Shown: positions 12,118 to 24,534 of the stretch, piece by piece
How the letters are laid out: each line of letters begins with the position of its first letter
Position numbering within the stretch: the stretch's first letter is position 1
Assembly (NCBI RefSeq): GCF_001194135.2
Contig: NC_068985.1
Location: 96,127,281-96,191,280 of the forward strand
DNA: 64,000 nt
Direction: 5' to 3'
Origin: Octopus bimaculoides
Taxonomy: Eukaryota
Notes under the pieces: model-generated
Told to the model about the DNA's origin: nothing
The model's database searches: none
The model's input: only the letters and a program-made list of their open reading frames with translations
Translations under genes and position numbers: made by a program

Positions 12118-13744
12118 ATGGTGGTTAGGTGAGTTCAGAGAATAAAACAAACAAACAAATAAACCTATATCGGACATTAACTATTCCAACATACCCAGTT
12201 ATTTTCTAAAGTTTGAGGTCTCCCCTTTTGTGACAAACCAAAAATTTTAGAAAAGGAAAAATGCTAAACTGGCAAGATCCATGGTTTATTTGTCAGAAAT
12301 CTTTGACAAAAACTAACTTATGCCACAGCTTAAAACTTAGATAATCTATATAGCAAATCAGCTGAAATGGGCTGCACTGAAAAACACTGTACAAATGATG
12401 GAAACCACCTTTTGTATGTCGAGGGAATCATTTTTGATGCCTATGTCAGAACTAAGAAAAATGTGAATTGAAATTCCGGAGTGAATTATCATGAAACTGT
12501 AGAATTGTAGAAAATATTGGCCAGTGTTAAGTACAGAAAGTTCAAAGTATAATAAATTATTTTGCTATAACGAAATAAAGAAAACTAATGTTTTGGGCCA
12601 TGGTTGTATACATTTCTTCTCAATCCAATGATGGGGCCTGCCCAATATACTGAAAATTCTCTTTTATCTCACAACAATTCATTCTAATTTGAACCTGAAG
12701 TATTTTGCATCAAAACTAAACCAATAAATGTGAAGTATTTTTTTTTATCACCTTCATAATCATCATCATTATCATCACCATCCATAACGTCCTTATTTTT
12801 TAAATGCCAAAACAATATTTTTTTTTTAATGTTTCTTGCAGCCTGATAAAGGATGTGCTGTAAATGACTTTAGAAATTAGTGTGAAAGTAATTATTATGA
12901 AAAATATTTAAAAAAAAAAAAGAAGCAAAAAACAAAAAAAATCCACTAATGAAATAATCCCTTTGAAGGAGAAAACATTTTCATGTCAATTATGTTTTAC
13001 AAATACATGGGCAAAATATAAAATCAGCCAGAGGGATTTGCAGTACAAGAAGGAAATTAGATTAAATAAAAATTCTAAAACAAAGCAGCAGATTTCTAAC
13101 TTTAAAGTTTCAACTTTGACAAAAACAGAAGTTTTGCATGCTAAATCAAATAGTTTTATCCTATAAGAGTGACTGTAGGGAATTTAGTGGTGACCAAGCA
13201 TAGCTTGTTTCAACATTTTGTCCCTTAGTCTTTCTAATAATGGAATAATGTAAAGCATACATTATACATAGTTAGTTTCAAATTACCTGAAGACAATATT
13301 TTAATGCAAAACAGATGTAAGTTTAAAGATTGGCAGTGTTATGGATATTCTTTAAAAGTAGAAACCCCTTTCATATATGTATGAGAGTGCATGTGTGTGA
13401 GTGTGTATATGGACGTGTGCAATAAAGATGGTTTAAATACTTTAAAAGATTAGAAGAGAGAGAGAAAGAGAGAGAGAAAAAAAAATCAAAATAAATTGAA
13501 GAATTTTGAAATATTGCACCAACTATTTTTATCAGCATTGTAGGCTGGAACTTCTGGGTTAATTCTGACAGTTTGTTCAAGTGCAATTTGTTTGAGGTCA
13601 TGGCTTAGAAGATGCAAATTAGTCGTCCTATCATTTTACTATGCAATATCTGACAAGTCATATGGAAAATGGATTGAGGACAAATAATGGTTTCTGTAAA
13701 GAGATAACATTAGTGTTACAGACGGAACAGCTTTGCCCATTCTT

Positions 13745-13931
13745 TCACACACACACACACCTACGTGCACTCACTCACATATACAGACACACATGCACAA
13801 GCACGTATCTATATACATATACATACACACATGCATATGAATATATACATATGCACATACACGCATATATCTATATACATACACATATATACATATGTGC
13901 ACGTATATATGTGCGCACGTGTGTGTATGTT

Positions 13932-13976
<45 letters not shown>

Positions 13977-14114
13977 NNNNNNNNNNNNNNNNNNNNNNNN
14001 NNNNNNNNNNNNNNNNNNNNNNNNNNNNNNNNNNNNNNNNNNNNNNNNNNNNNNNNNNNNNNNNNNNNNNNNNNNNNNNNNNNNNNNNNNNNNNNNNNNN
14101 NNNNNNNNNNNNNN

Positions 14115-14154
<40 letters not shown>

Positions 14155-14370
14155 CACATATATCTACATATAAGTACACATGCACACACACATAGTCACA
14201 TATATACTTATATATACTTATGCACACACATAAGTATATAAACACACATATACATTATACACACAGTATATATACACATGCACACATATACATTGTAGAC
14301 ACACATATTCATAAACATATTCATAAACATATATAAGCATATATACATAAATATGGTAATATATATATGT
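13745..14370. repeat. Compound CA/TA microsatellite field with assembly gap
   Basis: Visible directly; the gap at about 13977-14114 lies inside (TA)n. Confidence 0.9.
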
Positions 14371-15057
14371 ATGTTGTGTCGGTGTGTGCATAACAAGAAA
14401 CTTCAATGTTTATCAAAACCAACATGCTATAGTAGTAGTAGTAGTAGGAGGAGGAGGAGGAGGAGAAGGAGGAGTAGNNNNNNNNNNNNNNNNNNNNNNN
14501 NNNNNNNNNNNNNNNNNNNNNNNNNNNNNNNNNNNNNNNNNNNNGGAGGAGGAGGGGGGAGGAGGAGAGACGCTGTTCACTTGAAAAACATTGGTCCTTT
14601 TACATGAATGGCTTTTTCGGTCGTACTGTTGACAATCAGAGGCCAAATAAGAAACAACTGAATGCACAGGAGTCATTTTATTTTTACCAGAAATAAAAGC
14701 AAAAGGAAACTCTACTTGAGCAAAGATATTAGAATCGAGGAATAATGATGTATCGCATTTCAGTCACCACCCTAGTATGTGGCATCAAGTGAGATTTTCC
14801 ACTGATACAGCACACTACCTGCTTTACGTGGGTGGCATATTAAAACACATTACAGTGGTTGTAAACTAAAAAACTTCAGTTGAAAATATTAAACATTCCA
14901 GCACTCACTCATACACACACACACACACAAATACATTCTCACAGACACACACAAATACATTCTCACAGACACACACTTACATCTATCTTTCTTATATGTG
15001 GTCATTCGCTCCTGTGCCTGATCTTAAATAATTTTCCAAATCATTAACAATTCGGTA

Positions 15058-15215
15058 CAGGCGTGGTTGTGTACTAAAAAGTATCTGCTTCCCAACTATA
15101 TGGTTCTATGTTCAATCTCAGCGTGAGGCACCTTGAGCAAGTGTGTTTCTACTATAGTCTCAGGCTGACTAAAACCTCGTGAGTGGATTTGGAAGCTGGA
15201 AACTGAAAGAAGCCC

Positions 15216-15261
<46 letters not shown>

Positions 15262-15420
15262 ATTGAAATTTACAGAAAAGCAAAAGACGAAGACAGGTGT
15301 ATAAACAGCTAACAGGTGTATTTGTTTAACACTTGGGAAGGTGAAAAAATCTTTCATGTTTCGAACCTATGCTCTTCAAAAGAAAGGAACACAAGGAAAT
15401 AAACAGAGAGAGAATAAAAG
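15058..15420 (+). mobile_element. tRNA-headed SINE family C (CORE-like central domain, internal microsatellite) with a variant 3' part
   Basis: Head caggcgtggttgtgt..ggttc..ttcaatc, central gcaccttgagcaagtgtg, then gaaactgaaagaagccc and (TG)n. The 3' segment differs from the other copies. Confidence 0.7.
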
Positions 15421-15762
15421 ATCTTTTGGAGCTGGCGGTCAATATACAAGTAATGTTTGTAGCCATTTCAACATGGCTGTTCGGTTCAAGTGGAATTTAC
15501 TGTGACTTTGTAACCCCAGGAGGTCATCATCTCCATTTTTTTTCCAATTCCATCTGCCTGCCTCCACGAAGCATTTTGTGAAGTACTGCTGCTGCTCGTG
15601 AGCAACCTTTTGCACTTGCTAAACATAGATGCTCGACTTTTCCTGTTCTTCACAGCTTATCTTATACTGACTGTTGATTGACTGTAAAGAAGGTGATATA
15701 GTTGTAAATATAACCAACACATCCACATCTTCACGCACAACCCCAAACTCATGTATACATAC

Positions 15763-15794
15763 ATTGACAAACTCAACACAAAAAGCTATTGTAG
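15763..15794 (-). CDS. Candidate 32-nt exon, (A)TIAFCVEFVN, possible end of a CUB-like domain
   Basis: Acceptor gtttatttttcag| and donor AAT|gtatgt. Its phase-1 start is compatible with the 24535-24613 candidate. No independent homology. Confidence 0.3.
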
Positions 15795-16049
15795 CTGAAA
15801 AATAAACCAACTTTACAACTAAAAGTGACAGAAGAGTACGTTGGCTTGCCAAGTGCAAACACATATATATTGTGTATAATATCATTTTTTTAATGTTGTG
15901 GCAGTTTATACATATATTGGATCATTGTGTGGCCATTGTGACTTTTGGTAAATATGGTTTCTGTAAAGTTATATTTGGTTTTCTTATTTTAATTGCTAAA
16001 CTTTTTTTATTGCATATTTTCATTTTGTTTGTGGTATAACAAACTCACT

Positions 16050-17070
16050 GCAAGGAGAACTACTGTAGTGAGGGCCTTGCTGAGTTTTGAACCATAGTTC
16101 AGGAAGACGTTATCCCCAGTGACCAATGTAGCAGCCTTATAGTCGGCTGTTATAAGGGTAAAGGAGATGCCTTAGATCAGGGGCTCTCAACCATATTTTA
16201 TCTATGGACCCCTTTGATTACTATTTTATTCTGGTGGACCCCCATAACCATTCGATGTTTAAAAACTAGTCTTATAGAAACTTCTTTCAAAATTCCTATT
16301 TTGTTTTTCACACATCAACTTGTGTAGGTTGAACTATGTTAAATGTTAGAGAAAGAAACTTAGCTATTTCTTGCAATACATACCAATACAGACATCTAAA
16401 GCAAAATTTTTTCAGGAGCCCTTAAAATACTATAGTGGATCCTTAATTTACTATTTTTTGCATGGATTCCCAAAAATTTTATACAGGCCCTTAGGGGTCA
16501 TGTGGATTCTGGTTTAGAACCACTGCCTTAGATAGAAGTAAATGCAGAGGTATCAAATTGCTGGACCAGGTCATGAAAATTATGGAGAGAGTTATATGCG
16601 ACTTAATTAGAAACAAAATAAGAGTAGATGAGATGCAGTTTGGTTTTGTGCCAAGTAGAAGTACTATTGATGCTATCTTAGCTAAATATTTCTCCTACAG
16701 TTGTCTGACTAAGAGTAAACCATTTTACTAAGCATTTGTTGACCTGGAGAAAGCTTCTAAGTGAGTCCCTTGGTCTGTGATGTAATGGTCTCTGAGGAGC
16801 CTAGGAGTGGATGAATGGCTTGTGAAAGCCATACAAGCAGTGTATAGAAGTACTGCCAGTAATATGAGAGTTAAACCATGAGTACAGTGATGTATTTAGA
16901 GTACAGGTAGGCATCCAGCATGGCTCAGTTCTTAGCCCGTTCCTATTCATCACTGTCCTCCACACCATAACAGAAGAATTAAAAACTGGCTACCCCTGGG
17001 AACAACTACGTGCTGATGATCTCATTCTCAAAGCAGGATTTGTTAACAGAATTAGAAAAGAAATTTCAAC
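16050..17070 (+). pseudogene. Decayed RTE-clade reverse transcriptase fragment interrupted by a hAT MITE
   Basis: YKGKGDALD|RSKCRGIKLLDQVMKIMERV..RNKIRVDEMQFGFVPSRSTIDAI..AFVDLEKA..LGVDEWLVKAIQAVY..QVGIQHGSVLSPFLF..ADDL, with stops and frameshifts. Confidence 0.9.
16178..16525. mobile_element. hAT-type MITE with 8-bp TSD
   Basis: Termini CAGGGGCTCTCAACC / GGTTTAGAACCACTG; TSD CCTTAGAT at 16170-16177 and 16526-16533. Confidence 0.85.
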
Positions 17071-17071
17071 T

Positions 17072-17145
17072 CACAACGTAAAGACAGACAAAATACCGCT
17101 AAGCATTTCGCCCGGTGTGCTAACGTTTCTGCCAGCTCACCGCTT
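17072..17145 (-). mobile_element. SINE family M, 5' head only
   Basis: Reverse complement of aagcggtgagctggcagaaacgttagcacaccgggcgaaatgcttagcggtatt. Confidence 0.7.
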
Positions 17146-17997
17146 TTCATTACCTTATATTAAACACAAATGTTAACTAACCCTACACGCAAGTTTTTAT
17201 ATTCTCTAATAGGACTCTGGAGAATAAACCTAACTAAAAAATTTTTTTTCTACTTTCTTCTGTTTATTTCCTTAGATTTTTTCCCATAATTTGTCTAAAT
17301 TCATATAATTTTTTAAAACTTTTATACAGTTATATTTTATAATTTTTTAAATTCCTCATTTTTATTTTCGTAGTTAAAAATTTTTTTTTTTAAATTCCAC
17401 CTTTTGTTCTATATTCTATGTTTTTATAAGTTCCTCTCCTGTATTTTGAAAATATTTCTTGTTTTCTTTTTTTAAAAAAATTAATATCTTAAAGATAGTT
17501 TCAGATAAGAACATTGCATTTTTTTTTTTTTATTGTGAACATTCAATTCTTAAATATATGCTTTTATACTATATATTTGTCAATTTTCTAGAGCAACTAT
17601 GTAATAGAAAGTATTACTTGGTCGTTAACATTAGAGAATGTATGTTTGTGTATTCCACCACATACTCTATGATGATCACAGAGAATAGTTAAAAATGAGC
17701 CTCACTCCTTTTCCTTAGACTAATAGGTAAAAAATAGCAAAAATAATAATCTATTTCTTCTAACTTGGTAATGGTTTTAATTTGAAATTGCATGATAAAA
17801 TAAATACCACAAGCTCTGGAAAAAATTATTTTGCACATATAAAACACATATGCACTTTATATTCACTCATTCATTTGTACAATTAATTTCATTGAAATAA
17901 AGACTAATGAAGTGATTACTGTTCAATGAAACACAAGTCTCTTCCAGTTCATGACATGACAAATATAGCCTCAGCTATTTCCAGCTTGATTCTTGCC

Positions 17998-18261
17998 AAT
18001 GTAAACTACGCCATATGCCAACAGGCATATGGCGTAGTGGTTAAGAGCATGGGCTACTAACCCCAAGATTCCGAGTTCAATTCCAAGCAGTGACCTGAAC
18101 AACAATAACATTGAAAAAAAAAAAACCTTAGGAATGAGAACCCAGGTTCGAAATTTCTCCAAGACACCTGATGAAGGCTGGAGGGTATATCAGCCGAAAC
18201 ATTGTGTTAACAACAAACAAGATGAGGACAAATATCTGTTGAATGTAAATAATGTAAACTA
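17998..18261 (+). mobile_element. tRNA-head plus hammerhead element (copy A) with a 15-bp inverted stub at its 5' end
   Basis: A box TGGCGTAGTGG and B box GTTCAATTCC; hammerhead motif at 18163-18208; the direct repeat AATGTAAACTA occurs at 17998-18008 and 18251-18261. Confidence 0.75.
18163..18208 (+). ncRNA. Minimal type I hammerhead ribozyme motif
   Basis: GACAC-CTGATGA-A-GGCTG(gagggtatat)CAGCC-GAAA-CA-TT-GTGTT: helix I GACAC/GTGTT, helix II GGCTG/CAGCC, one-pair helix III, and both conserved core boxes present. Confidence 0.65.
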
Positions 18262-18709
18262 TTACCATTGTAAACTCCTATCACTTCTAGTGACTGTCCT
18301 TCTTCTCTATGATTTAGTTTCTTGATAGACGTATATGCTGATCACTTGAGATATTCTAAATATTGTACAACTTACAAGAAAGAACTATGTTTTATACTGA
18401 GAGAAACGCAGAAGAAAAGACCACCACAAACTAAAATAGATACAAAAATCTTCATTATATATTCAAACATACCTACTTCTTGTATGTATACAAGACAAGG
18501 ACTCTCACTTTAGAGACAGAGTAAGATACAAGCACAGGAAAAGACATGTTACTGCAACATTTTAAGTACCTGGTACTTAGACTACATCAAAAAAGAACAG
18601 GTTTATGAAATCATCATTGGCTGACATGAAAACCTTGAGAGCTTTCTTGTTTCAAAGAAATTGCAAGGAAATCAAATGGAAACATGTAAAAACATATATA
18701 TAAATGATA

Positions 18710-18845
18710 AAACAAGACCTCACTCATGTTGGATGAAAGGCAAAGTCGACTTCGGCAGAATTTGAACTCAGAACGTAGCGGCAGACGAAATACCGCTATG
18801 CATTTTGCCTGGCGTGCTAACATTTCTGCCAGCTCACCACCTGAC
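18710..18845 (-). mobile_element. SINE family M, 5' half
   Basis: ggatgaaaggcaaagtcgacttcggcagaatttgaactcagaacgtag...gccagctcaccacc. Confidence 0.75.
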
Positions 18846-19944
18846 ACCTTTGAATATATTGTGATCTCAAAAAAGAGATCAATGACATGAACTGGCTCAA
18901 ACTAATAAAGTGAAAATGATATGAGACATTATAAGCACTAATTTGAGACAAACGATAGACACATGTTTCCCTTTTCATGTATCAAATCAGTGCCTATAGT
19001 GTAGAATATCAAGTACCACTGATGTTTTGCAGATAATCCATTCAGTTAACTCAGTGATTCCAGCATAGTCAATCATTAATAGTCAACAATAAATCTATAG
19101 TGGTTACAGACATGACTGGTCACAAATTTTGAAATGCTGGAGTTTTGAAGAAAATCATAAACCAAAAGAAAATTAGTCTTCTGTTTAACAAATGTTCTCA
19201 ACAGGTTAACTTCAACTCTTCCAAATGAATTGTATTTAATTCTTGACTAGAACAAACATCAAAAAAGTCTAACCTATTTTTATCATTCCCCTGAAAGAAA
19301 GTATACTTTCCTTGGTATTAAATTTCTCCAATTTTAAAAGATTTGTTTTCAACAGCAGCCTGAATAGATTTACTTTTAAATTTGATACTTTCAGCTTGAA
19401 GGATTAACACTTATTTCATTATATTTCTAGTTTGGTGCTGCCTATAACAATGATAGAATTTTTTTTTATTGGTACTACTTTACCATTTCCTGAAAATGTT
19501 TAATTTTAAGGAAATGTAAAGCCAGACACTTTTTGGGAAGGCTAAAGTCAATTTAATTGGACCCTTAGCACTTGATTGATACTTAATTTAATTGATCTTG
19601 AAAGGTAGAAAAAGGTGATCCAGTAAGATTTAAGGCAAAAGTACAAAATATATTCCAAGGTGGATGGTGCTCTATTGTTTCTCCCACTTCAACTCGTTTC
19701 CATAGTAAGATTAAATTCAGCAAAGAAAATATTGAAATAGTCTTTGTGTCATTAAATTACAATTTCTAGGTTATTAACCATCTCTTTAGAGTGTATATTC
19801 ACAACATTAATATTACAATAGTATACATTTACACACTAATAAAGTCAATAACCTGTAAAATTAAAATCATATTAATAATTCAACTCAAAACTACAAACTT
19901 CTAACCTTGTGTAATTTTCTTTGAGGTGTTGAAGCATGACCTTT

Positions 19945-20140
19945 GAATGTTGGGTCTCACCGAGGCGATAACAAGTGACCAAGACCATTGGAGATATGCT
20001 GTGCTTGAGAAGACCCAGCAAATCAAGTGAGACCGTAACTGTGACCTATGCCAGTGCAGCATAACCAGCCCATTTAAGAGAACCCTTCAATCATCTTGGA
20101 GTCGATTTGCTCGACTAAAAGCGGTGCCCCAGCATGGCCG
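19945..20140 (+). mobile_element. RTE C-terminus fragment joined to the 3' end of SINE family C
   Basis: GLTEAITSDQDHWRYAVLEKTQ-like peptide, followed by gagtcgatttgctcgactaaaagcggtgccccagcatggccgca. Confidence 0.6.
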
Positions 20141-20537
20141 CAAAACTTTTAATGATTACCACTGTACTAGAGAGTAAGTGATCAAAAAACAATGTGATTG
20201 ATAGGTAATGCTACGGAATTAAAATATAATATATGAAGGTTACTTTTTACATATCTCGAAAGTCAGCTAACAGCTTCAAGATATCATCAGGATAAAAAAA
20301 AAAAAAACTTAGCAAAATAGAAGTTTCAAATAAATTGGTTGAAATAACAAAGTCTAACAAAAGAATTATGAAGTATTGTGAAGAAGGAGCTGTCAAAAAG
20401 GTATTCAAGCATTTGATATTTCCCCCACTTCTTTAATAGTAAAATGTTGAAAAATAAATGAGTAAACAAACAAAGCCAGCATGAATCTCACCCAAGGGAG
20501 AGATTCAGATATAAAACCCATTATTTATGAAGAAGCA

Positions 20538-20583
<46 letters not shown>

Positions 20584-21309
20584 GTGTCTGACTGAAAATT
20601 TCTTTGTTTTGACTGTCAGGAAAAATGTAAAAGTAAACAAACACTAAAAATATTTCTCAGTACTTATGATATGCTTAAAAAAAAACCCACAAAGATCAGA
20701 CAGTTTGACTCAAGAATAGAAATCTGAAACAAATATTTTACGTTACAATATTTGTACATCATTATGAGTCACCTACTCATTGTTAGTTTTTAGTTTCTAG
20801 CCTTGCAAGAACTTATCAGATTTAGAATGCTGTTAGTCATATGGTAACATGTTCTGTACTGCACATAGAAAGCTAATGTCATTAATCCATAAGTGCCCTC
20901 TCTTCTCAACTGCTACTTTAACCATCATGCAGTTAACATTACACATCTAATGAACTGTATTCAACTCATTCCTCTTTAATCTCTGAAGATAATCTGCATT
21001 TAACACTTAACTTATTCGGCAGCTATTGTTATTTTCCTTTGACAGCTCACTCAATCAGACTTTAATTTATAAATGTTATTTCACCCAAATGAACTGATAT
21101 GAATGAGCATTCGATAAACTAAAAGTTGATAAATCATAAGAAAAGTTCAGAATATTGAAATTTCTGTTCAAAATCTGTTTTAATTACAATTTCTAACTAT
21201 TTTTTAAATGTTCTCTTGTTATTAGACACATATTTTATTGAGAAGATCAATTTCCAACTTATGCTTCTCATCCAAATAGTACATCATATAAATCTATGAA
21301 ATAATAATT

Positions 21310-21520
21310 GTTCCAAATTTTGGCACAAAGCCAGAAATTTTAGTGGGAGTAGAGAGGATCAAGTCAGATATATTGACCCCAGTACCTGACTAGTACTTTA
21401 TTTTAACAACCCTTGAAGGATGAAAAGCAAAGTTGACCTCAACAGGATTTGTGTTCAGAATGTAAAAAGCCATAAGAAATGCTGCTAAGCATTTTGTTTG
21501 ATGGACTGCTAGGTCACCAC
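21310..21520 (-). mobile_element. SINE family M, diverged copy
   Basis: aattttggcacaaagcc...attgaccccagtac...ggatgaaaagcaaagttgacc. Confidence 0.6.
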
Positions 21521-21642
21521 CTTAGTTGCTGAAATAATAAGAAATAATAATTTAATGCCATATCTTTAAATGCAACTTATTTAGTCCTTTTAATACCAAA
21601 CAACCAGAAACTACCTTGGCTCTATGATATAAACTTCTTGTT

Positions 21643-21872
21643 TTAACTCTTTTGTTACCTTATTTCTGTTGAGATGCTCTGTGTTTCTTTCAATTAATTT
21701 TAAATGTAACAAAGAGCTTAGTAAAATAACTTAGTTATCATTCAGCTAGTGTTAGGAATATAAATTGTGACTAAAGTTTGGTGGAAGATTTTAATTCAGA
21801 ACTTTTGAAAACAAGACATTTGTGCTAGAGAGCCAGAGCTGGTTTCAGCTGGGTTGGTAATGAGAGGGTTAA
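21643..21872. mobile_element. TTAA-flanked MITE family B (piggyBac-like ends)
   Basis: TTAActcttttgttacc ... ggtaatgagagggTTAA; a related partial copy lies at about 3925-4030. Confidence 0.7.
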
Positions 21873-22870
21873 AGTAATCTAAATTGAAATCTATCAAAAG
21901 CTCTGGACGTAAGCTTAATAATGACAAAGCTATCTTACTAAAATCTTCAATATTTTCCAAATTAATTGAAACAAGGGCACTGAATTTGGTCTTGAATATT
22001 GTAACGAAAGGGTTAAATTTTTAAAATACTTTTGCTTTTAAAACAATACAGTAATGCTGAAAGACATATTGGACAAATATTTTTGCTGTTATTTTACAAC
22101 AGCTTAAAGTAGAAAAATATGGCTTCTTATTTATTTTGGCTCTCAAAGTTGAAATTGTATAAAATTACAAAATATAAACCTGGATTAACAAGGGAAAAAA
22201 AAAAAGGGTTTCATAGTCAAATAACACTAGTCCTCCTATTTTGATATGTATATATAGTATAAAATTTCAGTATGAAAAATATACACTTGTTCTCTGAACA
22301 TGTTTCCTTTACAATCGTTATTATTTCAATAAATATATAATTTTATTTTTAAAAAATTACTTTTTCTGGTTTCATTCCTTTCTGTGCTGGGAGACTCAAC
22401 CTATAAGGGATTAGTCAACTATACTAACCCCATTACATTGTTTGGTATTTAGTTTATTGACCTTGGAAAGAGAAAAGGCAAAACTGATGTGGATGAGATT
22501 TGAACTCTGAACATAAAGTCATGTCTCTGACATTCTACTGATCCCATCAATCCATTGTCCTTGTGAACACAATTATTTTCAATTTGCAAAGAATTAAATC
22601 CTATGAATACAATCTGAGAATTCTTTCAACAGTCTTAATGCCAGATCATGGTAATATTATTTCTTGTTCAATTTTTTCAGTCTAGCTAAAACTAAAATTA
22701 CCCCAAAACAGGGAAATATTTGACAGAACAATGAAGCTTTCCCCAAAATAATCTGAACTTGATCCTCTTCCGATCATTATTAAATAGATTTCAATAATAA
22801 TATATTTGTAGCCCCAGCATGGCCAGAATCTAATAACTGAAGCAAGTAAAAGATAAAAGAGGGGGATTGG

Positions 22871-22879
22871 ATGTGTGTG

Positions 22880-22955
<76 letters not shown>
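22871..22955. repeat. (TG)n microsatellite
   Basis: Visible directly. Confidence 0.95.
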
Positions 22956-22958
<3 letters not shown>

Positions 22959-23853
22959 AAAAAAACAACAACTTTCCAGCCTTGATCATCAACCTTAATG
23001 TCAGGAATAATGTATGTAGGAACCCTTCTTTTGTAAGACAATAAAGTGTTGAAAGAGATTTGACTACTATTTTTAACAGAGTGAGGGTCCCTTGTTGACT
23101 CATAAAACTCTATAAGCATTATAATTAGATATAGACAACCATATACAATGCCTCACCCGGCACAAACCATGCATCACAATAAAGGACCATAAAAACACTT
23201 CCTATCCAACCGCAAGTAAAGACCTTTCAAGAAGAGACTGGTCATAGTTTGGAATTACATCTTAGACTCTGTAAAATCAAAAATTGTATATAAAATGGAT
23301 TTATTACGATGGAATTGCAGTACCAACATAACTAAATGGTTTAATAGCATGAAAATAAAACCAGTTGTAGATTTACCCAGTTTAACACAGTGGAATTTTA
23401 TGAAGCTATTTCTAAACTACTTCTTCTGAAAGCTTTAAATGTCAGGAAAACATTCACCACCAGAAGCAACATTAGTAAAATATGAACGCAAGAAAGTACT
23501 TCTTGTTTTATGGCTCCTTCTATATCAAAAACATGAAAATAGGCTCATTAACATAAATATGGAGAGCTTCAGTAGAGCAGAAGTTTCTAAATTAATCAAC
23601 TACCACATTCTTGATACAATAATTATAAAACAGCACTCTTTCTAAAGAAAATCTGCACAAAAATAATGACCTAACCATCTCCACAATATGGACAGCTATA
23701 ACGTATGGAGATAAATTCAGGAAAACACAAGTCAACATATTCAAAGAATTTAAGCAAAAAACTCAGTCACAGCATACTTAAAAATAGTTAATTTCCTAGG
23801 CATCAAAACCAACCAAAGAAACATATATTAACAAAACTCCAAACACTATCCTA

Positions 23854-24400
23854 CATCATCATTTAACATCTGCTTTCCATGCTTGCATGGGTTGGACGGT
23901 TTGACTGGGGACTGGTGAACCAGATGGCTACACCAGACTCCAATCTGATCTGGCAGTTTCTACAGCTGGATGCCCTTCCTAATGCCAACCACTCCGAGAG
24001 TGTAGTGGGTGCTTTTTACGAGCTACCAGCATGAGGGCCAGTTTGGCGGTACTGGCAACAGCCATGCTCAAATGGTGTTTTTTATGTGCCACCTACACAG
24101 AAGTCAGTTCAATGTTTTGTTCACATGCCAGTGGCACAAGTGCCAGTAAGGCGAAGCTGGAAATGATCGCGCTCAAATGGTGTTTTTTACATGCCACCGG
24201 CACGGAAGCGAGATCGCTGCTCTGGCAGTGATCCCACTCGGATGGTGCTGTTAGCGCTCCACTGGCACGGGTGCCAATCATCGAATTTGGTTCAATTTCA
24301 ATCTCACTTGCCTCAACAGGACTTCGCAAGCTGAGTTTAGTGTCCAATGAAGGAAGGTTGGCATGGGTGCCAGTCATCGAATTTGGTTCAATTTCGATGT
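23854..24400 (-). mobile_element. RTE LINE 3' UTR, long copy
   Basis: (CAT)n tail plus internal repeated units such as gtgccaatcatcgaatttggttcaatttc, present twice. Confidence 0.75.
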
Positions 24401-24534
24401 ATATATATGTTTTGGTGCTGTCTGTCAGCAAAGGATGCAGACATTGCTGAGAAAACAAAATGGAAACAGAGGTACTTTTCAAACAAAGTCCTTTGTAATA
24501 TTTGTTCTACTCTGAGTTACAGATACTCTCTCAC

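Noticed and set aside
12600-12650. Aquaporin-like YWAGPIIG peptide on the minus strand
   Set aside because: It is an isolated 8-aa match with no NPA-containing exons found; likely chance.
14921-14975. 24-bp tandem duplication next to (CA)n
   Set aside because: Ordinary slippage beside a microsatellite.
18024-18094. Possible tRNA gene (A/B boxes, anticodon-like loop CTACTAA)
   Set aside because: There is no proper acceptor stem, and it continues into a repeated element body, so it is a SINE-type head.
18134-18325. ORF MRTQVRNFSKTPDEGWRVYQPKHC, repeated at 59925-60194
   Set aside because: It is read-through of the non-coding hammerhead element; the similarity reflects the repeat, not a gene.
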